From contig JNEM01009877.1 of NCBI GenBank assembly GCA_000697335.1, positions 1 to 39,392 on the forward strand: a stretch of 39,392 nucleotides of DNA, written 5' to 3'. The position numbers were made by a program, and so were the translations under genes. A model generated the notes under the pieces. It did not search any database and was not told the origin of the DNA. It saw nothing but the letters and a program-made list of their open reading frames with translations. Position 1 is the first letter of the stretch; every line of letters begins with the position of its first letter. Shown one piece after another: positions 12,690 through 27,146 of the stretch. This DNA comes from Conidiobolus incongruus B7586 (Eukaryota).

Positions 12690-15600
12690 TAGAATAAAAT
12701 AATATTCTTAATATAGTTCTAATTAAACTTTATATATTATTAATATAGTTTGAAATACAAATCAATTTTAAAAATTATATCAATTAGATTTTTAAAAATT
12801 GAAAATTTGAATAACCATTAATTATTAAAAAAAGTATTATTAAATCTATTCCAATTATTATTACTAAGACCTATTGGTATAGATGGTTATTCCATCATAT
12901 TTATTATTTATTTTATCATAATTGAAAATATTTAGTTTTGAAACATTTGATAATTGTAGTATTCAATGATTTTCCAGATTTACCTTTATTAAGCTTATCT
13001 TATCTTAAAATATTATAAAAACCATATCTATTATATACAAATAATCCACTATATTCTATAATTATTACTGATATATATTAGCATGGACTGATTGGATCAA
13101 GATTCTTTACCTTTCAAATCATGAATTTTAAACTTATTGATCAAAAAACTTATCAAAAGGATATATCAAACACTAAATTATCTATAAATTATTATTCATT
13201 ATGTAATCAGATTCAAAATACATTGAATTTTGTGTTCATTTAAGGATAAGAGCACAGTTCAAGCTTTAAAATTGCATGAATCAAAATGCAACTTTAACAA
13301 CACTAAAATTTTTCAAACTCCGAACTTTATAACTATCCGAAAAGTAATGATTATAAAATCTGTAAAATAAATTCCGAATTGGGAAATCAGCATAAAACCA
13401 GTATTTGTAAATGAATAATATTTTTTCGTAAATGGATTCCTAAAAATTTTTCTTGATGGAGTGTGTAAAACTTACTTGGATTAATAATTCACTCTGGATA
13501 AATGATAATGATGTAGATTGACTGTAATAGTAGTTTGAGTTTTTTTTCTTTTTTTGCTATATCAATATTATATTTTAGTTTATATTTTACATTATAGACA
13601 AAGAAAAAAGATTAATTATACTCTATATGGAAGCTATGAAGTGTTAGGAAAATCAGAATGAAGCGGAATGCAATATAAATTAAATCAAATACCTCAAAAT
13701 AAGCAAAATTTTTGATTTGTAATTTAAATTGACTATAATAATATTAATCCCTATTCCTATTCCAAAGTCCAACAAATTCTTTTGTAAACAAGTAATATGA
13801 ATATAATGATATATACATCTGGTTAAATATATTTTTTAATTACTAATATTCTAATAACTCATATCAAAAGAGAACTTTTTATTTATAATTAATTATATTG
13901 AAAATGAAAAAAATTCTCAAATTCAATTTATCTAACATAAAGTCAACTGAAATTTTATTTCTGAATAAAATGATAGATTAATCAAAAATTATCAAAATTT
14001 AAAGTAGAAATATATAAACAGAATTTTTTATCATTATTAAGGCTTGGAATAGGACTTTTAGACAATATAATACTGAATTAGGAATTTGAGGTTATATATG
14101 AATATTATAAACTTGATATTTTAATTTATTTTTTTTATTTGTTTTTAATTGAAATTGATTTGATCAATTTCAATTGGAGGATTTCCCCGATTTTTTGATT
14201 TATTTCTAATAAGACTTGACAGCCACTTATATATTAATAATCAACCTAACTTTCTTCTGCTAAATTTATCAGTTAAATAACTTGATATTTCATTATTAAA
14301 GCTGTTTAGAATTTTTAAATCACTTTATATAAAAAAGTACATTAAATTATACATTGTTTCAAATTTTTTATATTAAAATTTTTAAATATTGAAATATTTT
14401 TTAAACAATCAATTATATTAATCTAGATGAAGTATAATTTTTCTTAACTATATTTGCCAATAATTACCATTATTTAAATCCTACCAATTAATTTGATTAT
14501 ATACTTTTATACTCATACAGAGTATTATACTGAGAATAGCATATTTAACTTATTCATACCTATAAATATTCTTTTATTTTAAATTTCCTTCCATCTTAAT
14601 AAATTAAATTTATGGAAAAGGAAAAAACGAATATAATTAAACAACTAATAGGATTTATAGTGATTAAATTATATTACTTGAACTGGAAATAGTGTATAAA
14701 TTTGCAAATTTCTTATTTGTAAAATTGGCTAGAATTATCAATTTCGCATAAAAATAAATTATTATAATATGCAAATTGTTTCACTGATGAATTTTTTTGA
14801 ACTGATAATATAATGAGCAAAGAAAGGTATTTTATAATTATCCAAATTTCAATTAAAATCAGACGAGTAATCCAGTGTCTATCCAATTTATTGAATCGAA
14901 TTAAGGCTATAGTTTTGTGATGTTTGAAAAATCAGAATTTGTTAACTTGTAACAAATTTTAATGAATAAAATTGAACAAAAATTGTGACAGGAATTCACG
15001 CTCACCAAGAGAATTCAAAGTATAACCCATACGTTTAAATTACAATAAAAAATGTAATCAATGATATGAGAGATCATGTAACAATTTAGCATATCATTGA
15101 CTGATATATCAACTTTATAAGTCTAATATATTGATTATTATTACATTAATTTATTTTAACCAATTTATTACATAAATAATTTGCAAGTTGATGCTAATAA
15201 CATTGATGAATGATTACTAATACAATTCTTGAAATTTAATTGGTTGCCAAAATCTAAGATTAATTTTCCCATTCAAATTGGACATGAATTTCTATCCACC
15301 CGCCCCCCTAATTTGAAATTCAAATCATTTCAGTTATGAAAATAGACCAGCTGATGCTAAAGACACGATTGGCTATGCTCATTAATTCTATATCAACAGT
15401 GTTTGATATAAATACCACTCTACCACATTCTTTCCAAGCTGTTTTACTCTTTCCTTTTGATTCGGTCTCCTGACTCTCAACAATTGTAGCAACCAATAGC
15501 TTGAAGTTTCACAATTTTGAAAAGCTCAACAATCTCAATTACACAATTTATCTTCAAAATTATCACATCGAATTAACTTAAATTGAACTAAGCACTTATT

Positions 15601-15758
15601 TCCATTTCTTCAATTGATATAAATACAATTGATCAGGCTATTGGCAATTCATTTTGGATCTAATTTTATTTTAATAGTATTTGAATAATTAATTATATCA
15701 TATAATATATATAACCTTATAGACCGATCCATTTATCTTCATACTATTATTCACAACT

Positions 15759-18016
15759 ATGGGTTTATTATCTTTGGGCACTCCTTTACCTTGGGAAAAG
15801 GCTTCCCAATACGCTAACAAGGTCAAAAAAGACGGAATTGAGCAATTTATCAATATTTATAATCAGTCCAAAGATAGAGAAGGCGATATCCTCTATTGGG
15901 GTGACGAGGTAAATTTTGATTTCAATTCAATTTGGCATATATTTTTAAACATATCAGATACTAATTTAATCTTGTTTTTTAGATAGAATATATGATGATC
16001 AATTTCGATGATAAAAATAAAAAAGCTAGATTATCATTGAGAGTTCACGAATTCCTACCCGAATTACAACGTCAAGAAACTGAAGCTATTGCCAATAACA
16101 CGTAAGTAAACAAAACATTTTCTGAAGATCATTATTAACGTTGAATTGGTGCTATCAATATTAGAACCGTTCCTACTAACTGGCGCCCAGAATATGGTAG
16201 ATATATGCTTGAAGGTAAATATTTATGCATTTATTTTTGTTGGGAAAAATTTTATTAATAAGCCATTTAGGTACACCAGGCGCTCCATATGGTGACTCTT
16301 ATGATGAGTTAATGACAGTTGAACCTAATATGAAATTAAGGTAATTGATAACAATCAACAATCTGTATGCATTTGCTCATTATTCTCAATATCTTAGACG
16401 CGAAGTTGCCAATCAATTCATGAACCCCAACGAGGCTCTTTTAACCATCACGAGTTTCCCTATTTTGGGACAAGGGGATTTTCTTGACCCTCCTCTAGAG
16501 GCCAGAGGCAATGCTAGTCGCAGTATGTTTGTTCCCGATGAAATCATCAATCCACATGCTCGTTTTCCGTAATCTTAATCAGATTTATATTTCATTATTT
16601 TATACTGACTTTTCCTAGTACTCTCACCGCCAATATCAGAAAGAGAAGAGGCTCCAAGGTCGCTATCAATATGCCTATTTTCAAAGATATCAATACACCT
16701 TCTCCTTTCATTGATCCTACCATTCCTCACACACGTAACTTTTTCCCCGAAGACTTGGAAGCTGCCACTGCTGCATTACCAGATCATATTTATATGGATT
16801 CTATGTGTTTTGGAATGGGATGCTGCTGTTTGCAAACAACTTTCCAGGCTGGTGACATCAATGAAGCAAGACGCCTTTATGACCAATTGATCCCTTTGGG
16901 TCCCATTATGTTGGCTTTGACCGCTGCTGCTCCTGCTTGGAGAGGATATTTGGCTGATATCGACTGTCGCTGGAACGTTATCGCTGGTAGTGTCGACTGT
17001 CGCACTCCCGAAGAGCGTGGTTTAAAGCCAACCAAACCTGGTCAAAGATTGATTCCTAAATCCAGATATGACTCAGTTGACAGCTACTTATCAAACGACC
17101 CCACTTTCAAAGATAAATACAACGATATTAATTTAGTTTATGATGAAAACAGCTACGAAACATTATCCAAAGCTGGTATTGATGATAAATTAGCTAAGCA
17201 CATTGCTCACTTATTTATCAGAGATCCGTTGGTTATCTTTGAAGAATTAGTCAATCAAGATAACACTCGCTCATCTGATCACTTTGAAAACCTTCAATCT
17301 ACTAACTGGCAGACCATGAGATTCAAGCCTCCTCCACCTAACTCCCCTATCGGCTGGAGAGTTGAATTCCGTTCTATGGAAGCACAATTAACTGACTTTG
17401 AAAATGCTGCTTTTGCTGTTTTCATTGCTTTAATGACCCGTGTTATTATTAACACTAAAATTAATACTTATATCCCTATCTCTAAAGTTGATGAAAATAT
17501 GAAAGTTGCTCATAGACGTGGAGCTGTCACCCAAGAAAAATTCTATTTCAGAAAATACATTACTGAAGAGAGCACACCTAACGACGTGGCTGATCCTGAT
17601 GAATATGAATTAATGAGCATTGATGAAATCATGAATGGAAAGGTAATTTTAACACATCATATTAATATTTTTAATCGATTCTAAATTTATAATTTTAGGC
17701 TGGTGGCTTTGTTGGTATCATCCCTACCATGAAGAAGTATTTAGACACTCAGGATATTTCAGCCTCCACTAGACATCAACTTGATAAATATTTAGCCTTG
17801 GTCTCAGCTCGTGCTAACGGATCTTTAATCACTGCCGCCACTTGGATTCGTAACAAGATTACTTCACATCCCGATTATAAACATGATTCAGTAGTTTCAG
17901 AAAAGATCAATTATGACCTCTTGAAGTTAATTGACAGGCTGGATACTGAAGGAAGTGAGATTGCTCCTGAGCTTCTTGGCGACTTCGTCCCCACCACCAC
18001 TCAAATCACAAAATAA
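15759..18016 (+). CDS. GSH1: Glutamate-cysteine ligase catalytic subunit (gamma-glutamylcysteine synthetase); exons 15759-15908, 15983-16101, 16165-16214, 16271-16340, 16398-16568, 16619-17642, 17699-18016
   Basis: MGLLSLGTPLPW start. Motifs WGDE|IEY, WRPEYGRYMLE|GTPG, HIYMDSMCFGMGCCCLQ, PKSRYDS, HFENLQSTNWQTMRFKPPP and GWRVEFR. Six GT-AG introns restore one continuous frame. Confidence 0.97.
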
Positions 18017-21000
18017 TTATATATAATATCGTCGTGAAATGTCTAAATCCATTATTGCATCTTAGAATTTCACTTAAAATACTAATTTTGACACTATAAA
18101 ATTAATCTAACCATATACATCAAATTGGACTTTCAGTGGTATTATATTGTTGGTTTATTCTTTATAACAATACATTCATTCATTAAATGTCAAATGAATT
18201 GTAGAATCTCATTTTGGAAATCAAGAATAGATGTAATTTTCTTAATAGATATACTTTAATAATCAATGCTGTATTATATTATTTATTTGTAGTTTACTAA
18301 TTTAATAAATTCCAATGTAATATAATTCACCAATATATATCTTGAGATTTTTGTTATATTGAATTTTATCATTTTGAACTTGTCAATTTGTAATTTTTTA
18401 ATTTTCGAATTTAATCTCCATATTTTTTACACTAATTTTAAATAAAATTTAGAATTTGAAAATTTTATAATTTTATCTGTAACTTTGGACAATATACTAT
18501 AATGTTGAAAAGAATATATTTTTAAAAGTTATTTCAATCTTTAAAATACATTATTCTTTTTCAATTTATTCAATTTTTTATATATCATTTAATAACTAAG
18601 ATTAATTACAACGAAAACAATATGATATAACTATTTCAGAGTGAGAACTGCATAATATATAGTTTAATAAATAATTCAACAAATCATATCCAACTTTTGA
18701 TTATTGAATAAATTTATAATTAAAATTTAATATTAATTTTATATTGTCATTTCTTTTTAAAATATTTTAAATTAATAAAATGGAATAGCAAGTTATATGT
18801 TTTATCACCTTGTTCAAAATTTGAGACATTTTATCAGTTAATATATTTTTTAATTGAATAAAATTTTATTAAGTATATCTTTAGGGATTAATAATTATAA
18901 TATATAAAGTTAATCATTAGTATTTGTTTTCAAAACACATTTTTAATAGAAGTACTAAGTTATTCATATTACCTATTAAAACCTTACTATAATAGATATT
19001 CCATAATATATAACCATATTTAATTTATAAGCATATATATATTTATATATTTTTGAAATAATAAATATATTTAATTATATTTGATGGATCTTATTTGATA
19101 TATCATTAAATTAAAAAAAATCATTTTATTATTACATAATTTTATTTTAAATTTCATCCTTATTTATGAATTATTTTATAAAATATTATTATGATTATTA
19201 TAATTATATTTATTATATTAAATATAAAATTATATAAATAAGTCTAATTTATTATTAATAATATTTATTCAATATTCAAAATAATAAACTATATATTTTT
19301 TTATATTAAGCTGAATTTTTGAAATAAATAATTATTTAAAATAAATTAAAATATCACTTTATTTAATAATTATTCAAAATAAAATATTATTTAATATGGA
19401 TAGTAACTATAATATTTTATGATATTTAATATATTTTGTCAAATTTGATTTTATAAGTTAATAAAGATTAAACAATCAATAAACATAATTTATTAAAATT
19501 TCAATATCAATATATATATAGATTCCTTTAATATATAAAATATTTATTTTATAATTATAATAAAAAGATAAATTTTATATTTTAAATTATTTCCAAATTA
19601 TCATCATAATATTTAATATTTTGGATTTTAAAATATAATATAATAATTGGAGAAAATTAATATAAAACTTTTGTATTATCCTAGTTTTGGAAACTAGGGT
19701 AGTTATGTTAATTTATTTTATAAGTTAGATTATTTAGGTTATTCAGATAGATAAATTAGAGGAAATTAATTATTAATTTTCTTAAAATTAATTTTATATG
19801 GTAGAAAAAGTAAGTTTATTTATTAAGATAAAATTTAGATAATTTAAATAAAATATAATAAAGAGTAAATTATGGGAAAGTTTAGATGAAAAGATAAAAA
19901 TATAAGAAATTATTGAATAAGAATGTAGAAAATTTTAATTATAAATAATATTTTTCAATATTAGTTTAATATAGGTTTAATGAAATAAATAAGGATCTTA
20001 ATGGTTTAAATTGCTTTTAAATTATAAATCAAATAATAAAAATATATACTTAAATATAAAATAATTTATATTAATATATTCTTAATAAAAAAATTAATAA
20101 ATTTCAATTTTGATAATTAATATATAAAATTTAAGGCAAATTTAGCCATTATGAATATAAAATTATTCTTAAAAAATACCAATTTATTTTTGAATTTTTA
20201 AAATATTAACTGTCTGTAATATATATGATATTGCAAATATTATATATTAAACTTTTATTAAATTAATAATATATATTGATATATCATAGTTATAATTCAA
20301 CCCACATATAAAAAGTATTATTTATTAATGATTAGATATTAATGTTATAAATTAAAATCAACAAAAAGATTCTTATTAATTTATTTTTTTAATATTTTAT
20401 AACTCTAATATCGTCAAAAATGTAAATAAACATAATTGATATCATTTTATTGCTATATATTTACAAATAACAATTTTAATCTTTAATATTAATTTGATTT
20501 GAAATATTTTAAAATTATATTCAATATATTTAAAATATCATTAATAATAGTTTAATTTATTGCAGAGTTGGGATAGGGTTTTTATTTATAATCAATAATG
20601 ATAATGATATATTTATTATTGTGTTACAAAATATGTAGTAGAATATATATTTTGGAGATAATAAGAAAGTATATATGAATAGTTAATAACAAAATAGTAA
20701 AGTCAACGATTTAATAGATATTTTATTTTATACAAGCATATATCAAGTCGAAATTATTTGACTTTTGTCACAAAATATAGAATTTATCAATTATAGCATA
20801 ATTTGGTCGTGAATTTCTTATTACTTCAAGAAATCATATAGTAAAATATATTTCTTTGAGATTGATTGATTTTTTATTAATTATTATTATTGGTTACAAA
20901 GATAGTAATTCTAGAATATATAAGTATTATATTTTGATTAAACCATAATATAGAATACAATAATATTGCATATTTCGTGGTATTAATAGCAGCAAGGTAA

Positions 21001-21962
21001 ATTAAGTTACAATTTACTGAAATATTATTTGACAACTGGAATAAACTAATGTATATAAAGTCATATTATCAAATAAATTAAAATTACTAGAAATACACCG
21101 ACCAATGCTAAAGATTCAAAAATAGATATTAACTTGATAATAATTTATTATTAAATTATTATATATAAAAAATACGAATTTAATAATATTATTCCTTTAG
21201 AAACAAATATTTATATCAATTCTCAATAACAATAAATGTATTTCTATTCCACTATACAATACAAAGGCTATCACTCCTTGGAAGCAAATAATGATTAAAT
21301 GAAGCGTGAAATATGATTAATTTAAATGATTTGATATCTTAAGAGTAGATCTTATGATTATATAAAGCACTAGAGGTTACTATTAAACATCAGGCATATA
21401 TCATTGAAAATACAAGTATAATCATTGGAATTGGAGCATTTTAACTATGAATATCAAGTCATATGCTGTATTAATGAGAATTGAAGTTAATCATTCTTTC
21501 CACTCATATTACTAAAATATCATGAGCACTATAATCCACCTAATAAATAATTTCATAAGAGACATAGTGTTAAGTGATGATTCTTTCAAGTATGGTGGAT
21601 GTATATTTTATAAAATCGAATTAATAATTAATATATGGATAGATGAATAAAATCATAAGATATGTTTCTATATAGTAATTAATCATAGATATAATTTTGA
21701 AGGGATTCTCTAGTGTGGTGTTTTATTCCCTTTTAAAGATGATAAATTAATTTTGAGAGGTATTTCTACCAATAAAATACTGAATCCAGAGTGATTTAGG
21801 TTTGTATGACACAATCATTAGGTGAATTTAGGATGATAACAATCAGATTATCCCATTGAAATTCGGATTTTAAGAAAATTTTATAAAAAGAATCTGGTAG
21901 TGTTGTGTGAAACTGAATTGGTCATCGTTTTACTTGATAATCATCAATAATCCATATCAACT

Positions 21963-23311
21963 ATGATCTCTATCGTCAACCGCTCTGTTCCCCGTGTTTC
22001 CCAATCCTTAAAGGTACAACAATGCTTCATATGACATAGTAAAAAATATTTGACATTAAATATTTGATCAATCTTATGTCAATTATATTAGTTTACAAAT
22101 AACTAACAACTCAATTTACTTTTATAGGGTGCTCGTCAATTCTCCAGCTGGTTCGCTGCTAGAAACCAATACACTTTCCAACTTCCTGAATCTTCCTTTG
22201 ATTTACACAAATTACAAGAAGGTCCCAATTTTGAAGTTTCCGCTACTAAGGATGAATTACTTGATATGTATAAACAAATGGTCTTGGTCAGAAGAATGGA
22301 AATGACTTCTGACGGTCTTTACAAAGCCAAACTCATCAGAGGTTTCTGTCACTTGTGCACTGGTCAGGTAAGTATAATCAAGATCAGCCACCTTAAAAAT
22401 ATGCTTATTCGCATTGATCAATTGTTTAGGAAGCTGTCGGTGTTGGTATGGAAAAGGCTATCACTGATAAAGATCAAGTCATTACTGCCTACCGTTGTCA
22501 CGGTTTTACTTACATGCGCGGTGCCACTATTAAGGGTATTTTAGCCGAACTTTTAGGCCGTGTTGATGGTGTCTCTTATGGTAAGGGTGGTTCCATGCAC
22601 ATGTTCACCCCCAACTTCATGGGTGGTAACGGTATTGTCGGTGCTCAAGTTCCTGTTGGTGCTGGTATGGCTTTTGCTCAATGGTATAACAACAAGGCTG
22701 AATGTACTTTCGCCCTCTATGGTGACGGTGCCTCTAACCAAGGACAAGTTTTCGAAGCTTACAACATGGCCAAACTCTGGAACTTACCCTGTATTTTCGT
22801 CTGCGAAAACAACAAATACGGTATGGGTACTGCCGCTAGCCGTTCTTCTGCCTCTACCGACTACTACACCAGAGGTGATTACATCCCTGGTATCCGCGTC
22901 AATGGTATGGATATCTTGGCTGTTCGTGAAGCTGTCAGATTCGCTCGTGAATACGCTATCAGTGGTAAAGGACCTCTTGTTATGGAAATGGTCACCTACC
23001 GTTATGGTGGTCACTCTATGTCCGATCCCGGTACCACTTACCGTTCCCGTGAAGAAATCCAAAATATGAGATCCAACAACGATCCCATCACCGGTATCAA
23101 GAACCGCATTTTGGAACACAATGTTGCTACTGAAGCCGAATTAAAGGAAATCGACAAAGAAGCTCGTAAGGTTGTTGACCAAGCTGCTGCTGAAGCTAAG
23201 GCCTCTCCTGAACCCAGCTTAGAAAACTTCTGGAATGATGTCTATGCTCCTGGTACTGAACCTAAGTTCCTTCGTGGTCGTGACCCCACTGAAATCAAGT
23301 ACTTCCACTAA
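21963..23311 (+). CDS. PDA1: Pyruvate dehydrogenase E1 alpha subunit, mitochondrial; exons 21963-22013, 22128-22367, 22430-23311
   Basis: Arg/Ser-rich presequence. Motifs IRGFCHL, GQ|EAV, GKGGSMH, the TPP motif GDGASNQGQ...ENN and the phosphorylation loop [12 protein letters not shown]. Two GT-AG introns. Confidence 0.98.
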
Positions 23312-25095
23312 GCATATGTAAAGCAAATGTTTTAGATTATTTCCTACTTTGGGGATATTCTCATACCTTTCAACTTCGCTCACATCATTTTAAATCAATC
23401 TATTTCAAACAATTAAATATTAAGTAATCATTTTATAATTAGTCTCTGATAGCATTCAACATTTCAACTTAATCACTAGTATTTTTATTTAATTTCACTT
23501 AATTAATAACATTTTCATACTTATTTTAAATTTATTCATCATAATCCTTTCCTTCCTTTTTTTATCTTTTCAGCTCTATTCACTTTATAATTGTTTTAAT
23601 AAGAAATATCTTTAATAAGCTACAATTATTGATATATAAATATATACATTCAAAATTCACTTAATATTACTTATTTGATATTTAATATATTTATCTACGC
23701 TTCATTTAACAAATATTTTTTAAGTTTGATTTTATACTGAAATAAAAAATATACCATATTTATCCTATCTTTTAAAAAGTGTTTATGTGAATTGCCTTTG
23801 ATATTAAATTATAAATCAAAAATTATAATACTTTTTATATAATATCAATAGAAGACTTTTCTTATGTGGATATTAATATCAAATTTTATAGTTACTTATT
23901 TCAAAAATTCTAACCAATTTAAAACACGATAATTATTATAATTAAGATATTAAACATTATCTTTGTTATCTCAATCACATTTAATTATTTATCAAAATGA
24001 TTATATAAGCCACTTTTCATATAACTAAAAGTTGAAATATAAATATTATCTGATAATGAAACTTAAATTTGAAAATAAAACTTATTAATTTAAATGATTT
24101 AAAATATATAAAATTTTCAAATCCAATGAAAATATTAAGATATGAATATTATAATATATATATATATAATATTATCAAATAAATATATTAAGATATATAT
24201 TATTAAATACTAATAATGAGATCCAATAATTATAAGTGATTTTTACAATCAGCTATCAACCTTGTTTCAATTATTAGCCTTGATTAAGTATTCAATAATT
24301 CTAAAAACATCCAATTCCCATATGATATAATAACAAACTATCGAATTAAAGTTTAACGCAAATAATCATTATTCAGGCAAAATAATCAAGTTATTACATT
24401 ATAGTCCTTTTACTATACTAAAATATTTATTAGCTTATACAAATAACAAAATTATAGAACTAATCTACCTGAACTATTATTATCAACAATAAGCGATAAT
24501 CAACTAATTGCTTGACATCACATGATAAGTATTGAAAAATAAATTGATGGAAAAATATAAAAATTATTTTAATAGTTCAAATAAAAGCACTGTGTATAGT
24601 ATTGATCAAAATTAATCTTATAAAGGAAACAGAATAAATGTAATATTTCGCAATTTATATATATTCAACTTATATTGATATTGTTTTCTTTTTTTAAAAT
24701 ATTTATCATTATACAAATTTGATTTAATTCACACCAAAAACATAAAATTTTGAAAAAGAATTTGAATTATTTATACAGATTCTTTTAAGATATTACATTT
24801 ATTAGTCAAATTGATTAAAATTTAAACTAACTTAAAAAATATATATAAAGCAATAATTATTCTAAACATATTAAAATATATTTACTATTTTCAAATCAAT
24901 AGCCAAAAATTCTTAATATTGTATATTTGGCAATATATTACGTAAAAGTATAAGAATATGTTTTCTTTAATATTGTATAAATAAGAAAAATATAATTTAA
25001 AAAAGGTTGTTCATATATGGAATAAAAGATAATTAAATAGCATTAAATCAATGTATAAAAAAGTAAATATACAAAAGAATAATTAGATATAAATA

Positions 25096-25176
25096 CGACA
25101 AGAGCAGGATTTGAACCTACGCGGGAAATCCCATGTGCTTTCTAGGCACACGCCTTAACCACTCGGCCATCTTGTC
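25096..25176 (-). tRNA. tRNA-Ser (anticodon AGA), intronless
   Basis: Minus strand: GACAAGA/TCTTGTC acceptor stem, D arm with AGTGGTTAA, anticodon arm TGTGC-CTAGAAA-GCACA, long variable arm, T arm GTAGG-TTCAAAT-CCTGC, discriminator G. Confidence 0.97.
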
Positions 25177-25403
25177 TTGAATGTTACATTGACTAAAATT
25201 TAAAATTATCTATACTGAGATAATTGAATTCATATTATTGATTATCAACATTATTTTTATATCATTAGTTGTAAAATAACAATATAACACTTATATTTCT
25301 TCTTTTTATACCTTCATATAACATTTTTCTATATTAACAATAAAAACTATCTAAAATCCTCTTCATTTGTATTAAATCTCAATTTATTCAATTTTATTTA
25401 TTA

Positions 25404-26727
25404 TTAGTATAGAAATTAAAAAATGGCAAATTTTTTAATTTCTGATCTTTCAAACATATTATATATTTTGAAAGATTATATATATATATAATATATAGGA
25501 AAATAAATATTTTCAAACTATATATATATATATATATTCAATTTTTATTATTTTTTTATTAAGATATTTTGATTTTAAAATTTATATTTAAATTTAATTA
25601 TACTTAAACTAGATTGTGATTATCAAAAGGCTTTTATTTTTGTATCTTTAAAACTTAATCATAAACCCTTTAAAATCATCTAAAACTTGTAAATAGTTTA
25701 TGGAGATGGTGTTTTATTTAAAACTACTATATATTACTAGATTTGTGATTTTAAAGCTAAAAAAGACATTATTTAAAATTTATTAAAATCTAAAAGACTA
25801 ATTTTTACTGTTACTCTTTTATTTATTAATAAAGTAAAAAAATATATTAAGAAATATCTTTTTATTTTTGTTAAAGAATTATTAAAGTAATTTAATATTA
25901 ATTATACAAGTATATTATATTTACTTAAGTTTAAACTTAGATTAATTAATAAAAATATAAAATAAATACCTTATAATTTAACAAAAGCTTAAAAGAAAAC
26001 TAAAGTAGCTATAGCTAAACTAAATTTATTAAGGTATAACTAAAAACAAAAGTTTTTACAATAAATACTTACAATTAATAAATCTTAAATTCTTTTATAT
26101 AATCTTTTATTTAAAAATAAAACAAGATGTTAGGTTAAGTTAAATTAATCCCCTCTAAAATTCCAATAAATAAATACTTTAAATATAAGCAAATATTAAT
26201 TGTTGTAATAAATTATAATGGTATATAGTTTTTTTATTTAATACCTCAAGGAAAATTAATTAATAGTAAGTTATATATTACTTTTTTAAATAAAATAATT
26301 TTTAAATGGTGTTCTTAATATAAATTAAAGATATTTATTATTTTGCATAATAATTACAAAATATATAAAGTTAAAGTTGTAAAAGATTTTTTATATAAAA
26401 AAATTAGAGGGAGTTACTACATCTAATATATTCACTTAATTATAACCTATGTAATTATAATTGTTTTAGACAATTAAAAAAACAGCTTACAGGAAAAAAA
26501 AATTCCTGTAAACAAATTAAATTGGTTTGTGAAACATCAAATTTCAGTCTTTAATAAAAAAAACTGTTTTTTAGGTATTAGAAGCTTACTAAAAGTATAA
26601 AAAAGAGTTATTAATAATTAAAGAGGCTATTAATTTTATATTATTCATTAATTTTTATATATTATTTATTAATTTATTTGTTTAATTTTAATTTTAAAAT
26701 TGTGCCATTACTTAATTTCTGCACTAA
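25404..26727 (+). mobile_element. Mariner DD34D transposon, full-length degenerate copy C (1324 bp)
   Basis: TA|TTAGTATAGAAATTAAAAAATGGCA... to ...TGCCATTACTTAATTTCTGCACTAA|TA. Fossil motifs K*IPYNL (25960-25980), TINKS* and LHNN...*RELLHLIYSLNYNLCNY (about 26345-26460). Closely matches the reverse complement of copy A. Confidence 0.94.
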
Positions 26728-27146
26728 TATTATTAATTCATTATTATTTTAATATTATTAAATAATCTCAATCTGTTGAATAACTAAATATTAGTATTTT
26801 AGAATATAGGTTTATACCAAAAATTCACTAAGATTTTTTATTTATGCATTTTAACTAATATTTTTAAACATATGATTTTATTTTATAAAATATTTGTAAA
26901 TATTTAATAGAATTTAAATTATTATATAATCATTTAAATTAGTACATTAAACCTTATTTAATAAATTTACCTTTTTTCTAAATTTATATATCGCCTATTT
27001 ATTTGTAAAAATTTAATTTTTAGTTGATCAAATTAATAAGATTATTATATTATATGATATATGCGATAAACTAAATTATATATAATCTCTGATATTTATG
27101 CTTGATGATCAGATGGGAAATAATCTTGTCAATCACTCAAGAAACT

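Noticed and set aside
13150..13540. Slightly GC-richer tract with coding-like fragments on the - strand (SIYEKILFIYKYWFYADFPI...)
   Set aside because: Short, interrupted frames; cannot be assigned without a search. Possibly a pseudogene.
25096..25404. tRNA-targeted insertion of copy C (about 230 bp upstream of tRNA-Ser)
   Set aside because: The other copies have no tRNA nearby, and mariners target TA generally.
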